From Nitrospirota bacterium (GTDB lineage Bacteria; Nitrospirota; UBA9217), in contig CAVTRN010000002.1 in the NCBI GenBank assembly GCA_963737155.1, forward strand, positions 2,720,001 to 2,784,000: a stretch of 64,000 bases of DNA, in the 5' to 3' direction. The position numbers and the translations under genes are program-made. How positions within the stretch are numbered: the first letter of the stretch is position 1; every line of letters begins with the position of its first letter. This document shows, one piece after another, positions 59,504 to 64,000 of the stretch. The notes under the pieces were generated by a model, which saw only the letters and a list, made by a program, of their open reading frames with translations, made no database searches and was not told where the DNA came from.

Positions 59504-59606
59504 ACCCCCCATTCAATTTGAACCAGTCAGAATAGATGACTATTTCTCTCCTTTTTCCCCCTCTGAAGCAACCCTCTGATAAATAAAAAATTTTTTTGGC
59601 GTTTTT

Positions 59607-59623
59607 TTGGCATTTTCTTTGCT
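59607..59623 (+). promoter_or_regulatory. Sigma54 (-24/-12) promoter
   Basis: TTGGCATTTTCTTTGCT with GG at 59609 and GC at 59621 (canonical spacing). Confidence 0.7.
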
Positions 59624-59722
59624 TTAAACAATTCGCGCGGAGCCGACCGAATAGACGGTTAATATATTGTTAATAAACAACCGCGGAAACCGAAGTGAAA
59701 TATCATCACGAAGGGGGTCAGT

Positions 59723-60715
59723 ATGAGAACGAGTACTGCAGTAACATTCGAAGACGAAGCGGTACAGGACCAGTTCATGGTAGATGCTTGGGATGATGAA
59801 AACGAGCATGAAGTAGCCGTGGAAGAAGGCCATGGGCAGAACACGCGGTTCCCGACAAAGCGCAAACGCGTCGGAACGATCGAAATGGACCCGGACACGG
59901 TAAAACTGTACCTTCAGGATATACGAAAAACACCCCTGCTCACATTCGAGGAAGAGCAGGCGCTGGCAAAACGAGTTCAGGAGGGAGACCAGGAAGCGCG
60001 CAGCAGGATGATTCAATCGAATCTTCGCCTCGTTGTCTCCATAGGCAAGCGTTATATCAACCGTGGTCTCCCTTTCTCCGACATCATCGAAGAGGGAAAC
60101 CTTGGCCTCATCAGGGCCGTCGAGAAGTTCCGGTACGAGCGGGGCTTCAGGTTCAGCACCTATGCATCGTGGTGGATTCGCCAGTCCATCGAACGGGCCA
60201 TCGCCAACCAGGTTCGCATCATTCGTCTCCCGGTCCATGTTGCGGAACTGGCCAATGCCTATTCCCGTACAGTCCGGAAACTGACACAGGAGCTCGGACG
60301 GGAGCCGTTTAATGAAGAAGTGGCGAAGAAGATGAAGATCAGTCTCAACCGCGTAAGGGCGCTATCCCAGGTCACCCGGGAAACTTATTCGCTTGACATG
60401 CTCATCAGCGGCGAAGGAGATGAAACACTCAAGGACGTACTGAGTGACGAGAACACGCCGTCGCCTTCCGCAACGAGCGATGAACGTCTTCGCCGCCAGT
60501 ATCTCGGCGAGTGGATATCCGGGCTACCGGCCACAGAACGCAGCATAATTGAAATGCGCTATGGCTTAAATCACACAGCGCAGCGTACCCTTGACAGCAT
60601 CGGTAGGCAGTTCGGTATAACGCGCGAGCGGGTAAGACAGATAGAAAACCAGGCGATACGGAAACTCCGTAACTACACCCGGTCTAAGAACATTGAGCTG
60701 AGCGATATGATGTAA
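59723..60715 (+). CDS. rpoS: RNA polymerase sigma factor, RpoS-like (sigma70 family)
   Basis: Region 1.2 (VKLYLQDI), NLRLVV, FRFSTYASWWIRQSIERAIANQ, ITRERVRQIE; no region 1.1. Confidence 0.8.
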   Translation: MRTSTAVTFEDEAVQDQFMVDAWDDENEHEVAVEEGHGQNTRFPTKRKRVGTIEMDPDTVKLYLQDIRKTPLLTFEEEQALAKRVQEGDQEARSRMIQSNLRLVVSIGKRYINRGLPFSDIIEEGNLGLIRAVEKFRYERGFRFSTYASWWIRQSIERAIANQVRIIRLPVHVAELANAYSRTVRKLTQELGREPFNEEVAKKMKISLNRVRALSQVTRETYSLDMLISGEGDETLKDVLSDENTPSPSATSDERLRRQYLGEWISGLPATERSIIEMRYGLNHTAQRTLDSIGRQFGITRERVRQIENQAIRKLRNYTRSKNIELSDMM

Positions 60716-60805
60716 AAACACTGCGGGGGCGAAATCAGGGCCTGCTCAAATGCCCCAAGGTCCTCAACCCTGGATCAAAGAAGCAGAGATGCGGGATAGT
60801 GAACC

Positions 60806-61237
60806 ATGAATTATGAGGGGAATACAGCAACTATCGTGGAGCCGAAGACTTTGGCTCCTGGCAATACAATCAGGAAGACTATTCTGATTGTTGACGATGA
60901 CAATGTCTTCGCGTCCTCTCTTGCCGAGGGGCTTACAAGCGTGGAGGAAGAGTGGACGGTAACGGTATACACCGCGGAAAATGGTGATCAGGCCTCCGCG
61001 ATCCTCAAGGAGGTAGCCGTGGATCTGCTCATCACGGACCTTCGCATGCCTGTCATGGGAGGACTGGAATTGACGCTTCGGGTAAACGAGCTTCTGCCCT
61101 CCGTGCCAGTAATCGTATTAAGCGCCTATGCCGACATCAGCACGATTCTCGAACTTGAAACGCAGGGCAATTATTTTTTCGACAAACCCATAAACTTTGA
61201 CATACTGCTTAGTACAATCCGTGCGCTCCTGCTTTAA
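60806..61237 (+). CDS. Single-domain response regulator
   Basis: ILIVDDD, LITDLRMPVMGG, VLSA, FDKP. Confidence 0.88.
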   Translation: MNYEGNTATIVEPKTLAPGNTIRKTILIVDDDNVFASSLAEGLTSVEEEWTVTVYTAENGDQASAILKEVAVDLLITDLRMPVMGGLELTLRVNELLPSVPVIVLSAYADISTILELETQGNYFFDKPINFDILLSTIRALLL

Positions 61238-61635
61238 TATTTTTAAATATCCAGACTCGTCATGAATGTGGCGAATATTAGCCAGACAAGCCGAATCGAA
61301 GAAAGAAGTATAAATCACGGCTAATTTAGAAAAATCCTAGGTATCATCCCTAAGCGATCCTTCCGGTGTCAGGTCTTCCCCTTTAGTCAGAAAAGGGTAT
61401 CCGTTTGCCCTAGATCTTTTCTCCACATCAGTTTTTCCTTATCACGTAGAGTTTACCTCTGCCCCTGCTAGAAACTTCTCCTCACTAACCAGCAGTTCTG
61501 ATATAATGATACACAACGATATTAGAAGAGCTAAAGCATTAAACGCCTCAGATCCGTTACGGAATTTTACCAATATTCACGTGGCGCAGACTGCTTGAAG
61601 CGACATGACAAATTCCAGTTCCCCCAGGTGGTGCG

Positions 61636-63999
61636 ATGCAGGAACGCCGAGACGCAGAAAAACACAAAACGATATATCTCAGGGATTATCGTCCCCCCGA
61701 CTATCTTATAGATACCGTGAATCTGGAATTCGATCTGGACGAGAATCGGACAGCCGTTAAATCAATATTTACGGTTGTCTGCAACTACGACAAATGCGGA
61801 GGGATCCGTCCCTTCGTATTGAATGGCAGAGATTTGGTGTTGAAGTCCCTTAAACTTGACGGACGGACCCTCGCGGAACGCGATTTCAAGATCGACGATC
61901 ATTCGCTGACACTCTTGCCCGTATTGAACCAGTTCGTGCTCGAGCTCGAAACCGAAATCAATCCCTCAGCAAACAACGAACTTTCCGGACTCTATCTCTC
62001 GGGCGGCAATTTCTGCACTCAGTGCGAGGCTGAAGGTTTCCGGAAAATCACTTACTACCCTGACCGACCCGATGTCATGGCGCGGTTCTTCACCACCATT
62101 GTTGGAGATCAGGCAAAGTGTCCTGTCCTGCTCTCCAACGGGAATCTCATTGGATCCGGCAAGCTCAAGGACGGGAGGCATTTTGCAAAATGGCATGACC
62201 CCTACCCTAAGCCGGCCTATCTTTTCGCCCTAGTAGCCGGCGATCTAGCGCGCATTCAGGACACTTTCATCACGATAAGTGGGAGAAAGGTGGATATAAG
62301 TATTTATGTGCAGCACCATAACAGGGACAAATGCGCATATGCCATGGAGTCGCTCAAGCTCGCCATGAAGTGGGATGAGGAGACCTACGGCAGGGAGTAT
62401 GATCTCGACACTTTCATGATAGTGGCTGTTGATGATTTCAATATGGGCGCTATGGAGAACAAGGGACTGAACATTTTCAATTCAAAATACGTGCTCGCCA
62501 GATCCGAAACAGCCACGGACGCAGATTTTCAGGGGATATTGGGAGTCGTGGGGCACGAGTACTTTCACAACTGGTCGGGTGACCGCGTAACCTGCAGGGA
62601 CTGGTTTCAGCTCTCGCTCAAGGAGGGCTTTACCGTTTTCCGCGACCAGCACTTCGTGGAGGACATGACTTCTCCCGGGGTGAAGCGCATCAGTGATGTG
62701 AATGTGCTACGCGCACACCAATTCCGCGAAGACTCGAGCCCCATGGCCCACCCAGTCAGGCCGGACTCATATGTCGAGATCAACAATTTCTATACCGTCA
62801 CGGTTTATAACAAGGGCGCCGAACTGATCCGCATGTTGAGGACTATTCTGGGCCCTGCGGGATTCAGGAAAGGCACGGATCTCTACTTTTCGAGGCACGA
62901 TGGACAGGCGGTCACGATCGATGCCTTCTTGAAAGCCATGGAAGACGCGAACAGCACCGACCTCGTTCTGTTCCGACGCTGGTATACACAGGCAGGCACC
63001 CCAGAACTGCATATAACGCGGTCATACAATGCAAAAGCGAAGACCTACAAACTTACGATTAAGCAGACCTGTCCTCCCACGCCGGGCCAGCCCAAAAAGG
63101 AGCCTTTACATATCCCTATTGCCGTAGGATTGCTCGGCAGCAATGGCCGAGATCTTCAGCTCGCGCTCGGCAAAGAGATAGACCAGGGGAGGAACGGAAA
63201 CACCATCGTACTGCACCTCAGGACACAGGCGGAAACATTCGTTTTTTCAGGCATCTCCGAAAAACCCGTGCCGTCTATACTTCGACATTTTTCAGCGCCC
63301 GTTAAAATAAAATCCGACCTGACCGATGACGAACTCCTGTTTCTCATGGCTAATGACTCCGACGAGTTTAACCGCTGGGACGCAGGACAGCAGCTTGCCG
63401 TGAAACTCCTCATGAACCTGGTAAAGGATTACCAGCACGGCAAAACGCTCAAGCTCGACCGCAACTTCATCTGTGCTTTCAACAAGACGCTGGAAAGTAG
63501 AATGCCCGACAAAGCATTCCAGACTGTTGCCCTCTCTCTACCCGTCGACATCTATCTGGCTGATTTTATGCGTGTGATCGATCCGATAGCGATCTCCGAA
63601 GTCCGGAAGTTCGTGCAACAAACCCTGGCAACAGATCTGAAGGAAACGTTTCTCGCCGTATATTACACCAATCAGGACACTGGACCCTACCGCGTGGACC
63701 AGGCATCAATTGGACGGAGAAGTCTCAAGAACATTTGTCTTGCCTATCTCATGGAGCTTGACGAACCAGGCATCCGGAAACTCTGCATGGAGCAATATCA
63801 GAATGCGGAGAACATGACCGACCGCGTGGCCAGCCTCGCAACGCTGGCAAACTTCGACTGCGCCGAACGGGCTGATGCGCTCGCGTCATTCTATGAAACC
63901 TGGAAAAATGATTCTCTCGTCATGGACAAATGGCTTTCCATCCAGGCTTTGTCGCGCCTGACGGACACGCTCAAAACCGTCAAATCGCTCATGTTCCAC
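61636..63999 (+). CDS. pepN: Aminopeptidase N (partial, runs off right edge)
   Basis: Not in ORF track. Hand translation: MQERR..IYLRDYRPPDY, TQCEAEGFRKITY, GAMENKG, GHEYFHNWSG, VYNKGAE. Confidence 0.95.
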   Translation, partial: MQERRDAEKHKTIYLRDYRPPDYLIDTVNLEFDLDENRTAVKSIFTVVCNYDKCGGIRPFVLNGRDLVLKSLKLDGRTLAERDFKIDDHSLTLLPVLNQFVLELETEINPSANNELSGLYLSGGNFCTQCEAEGFRKITYYPDRPDVMARFFTTIVGDQAKCPVLLSNGNLIGSGKLKDGRHFAKWHDPYPKPAYLFALVAGDLARIQDTFITISGRKVDISIYVQHHNRDKCAYAMESLKLAMKWDEETYGREYDLDTFMIVAVDDFNMGAMENKGLNIFNSKYVLARSETATDADFQGILGVVGHEYFHNWSGDRVTCRDWFQLSLKEGFTVFRDQHFVEDMTSPGVKRISDVNVLRAHQFREDSSPMAHPVRPDSYVEINNFYTVTVYNKGAELIRMLRTILGPAGFRKGTDLYFSRHDGQAVTIDAFLKAMEDANSTDLVLFRRWYTQAGTPELHITRSYNAKAKTYKLTIKQTCPPTPGQPKKEPLHIPIAVGLLGSNGRDLQLALGKEIDQGRNGNTIVLHLRTQAETFVFSGISEKPVPSILRHFSAPVKIKSDLTDDELLFLMANDSDEFNRWDAGQQLAVKLLMNLVKDYQHGKTLKLDRNFICAFNKTLESRMPDKAFQTVALSLPVDIYLADFMRVIDPIAISEVRKFVQQTLATDLKETFLAVYYTNQDTGPYRVDQASIGRRSLKNICLAYLMELDEPGIRKLCMEQYQNAENMTDRVASLATLANFDCAERADALASFYETWKNDSLVMDKWLSIQALSRLTDTLKTVKSLMFH

Positions 64000-64000
64000 C

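Noticed and set aside
1-64000. CRISPR arrays, tRNA/rRNA genes, prophage or defence genes
   Set aside because: No repeat-spacer array, RNA gene or phage/defence ORF recognised; a small RNA could be missed by eye.

Overview
Bacterial chromosomal window of moderate GC. Gene content and order (uppS-cdsA-dxr-rseP-ispG-proS, split arn genes, two-subunit fumarase) resemble Nitrospirota/Desulfobacterota; this is inference only. The left 14.6 kb looks like a phosphate-starvation island. Four Pho-box-like arrays, each with four half-sites at 11-bp period and a -10-like hexamer exactly 10 nt downstream, precede (i) a cohesin-like secreted protein, (ii) an IPTL-CTERM-type S53 protease with its exosortase H, which carries an extra membrane domain, (iii) a signalling cassette of a REC-kinase hybrid, a His-less CBS kinase, an Asp-less receiver and an intact receiver, and (iv) pstSCAB-phoU. 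Next is an arn (L-Ara4N lipid A modification) operon whose decarboxylase gene survives only as a short scar. The rest is mostly housekeeping: mtnA, gcvT, apt, fumarase, mdh, a CNNM/CorC protein, the proS-uppS block, GH57, an ABC-2 exporter, an NtrX-like regulator, cysteine desulfurase, cysK, vor subunits, recN, lpxL and a lipoate ligase family gene. It ends with a multi-sensor kinase and sigma54 activator next to a sigma54-promoter-led RpoS-like sigma factor, and pepN. Several decayed elements (IS1380, an IS200/IS605 end, DUF2892 and CheB fragments) and a candidate FmdB selenoprotein were found by eye. All family assignments come from motif recognition, not database searches.
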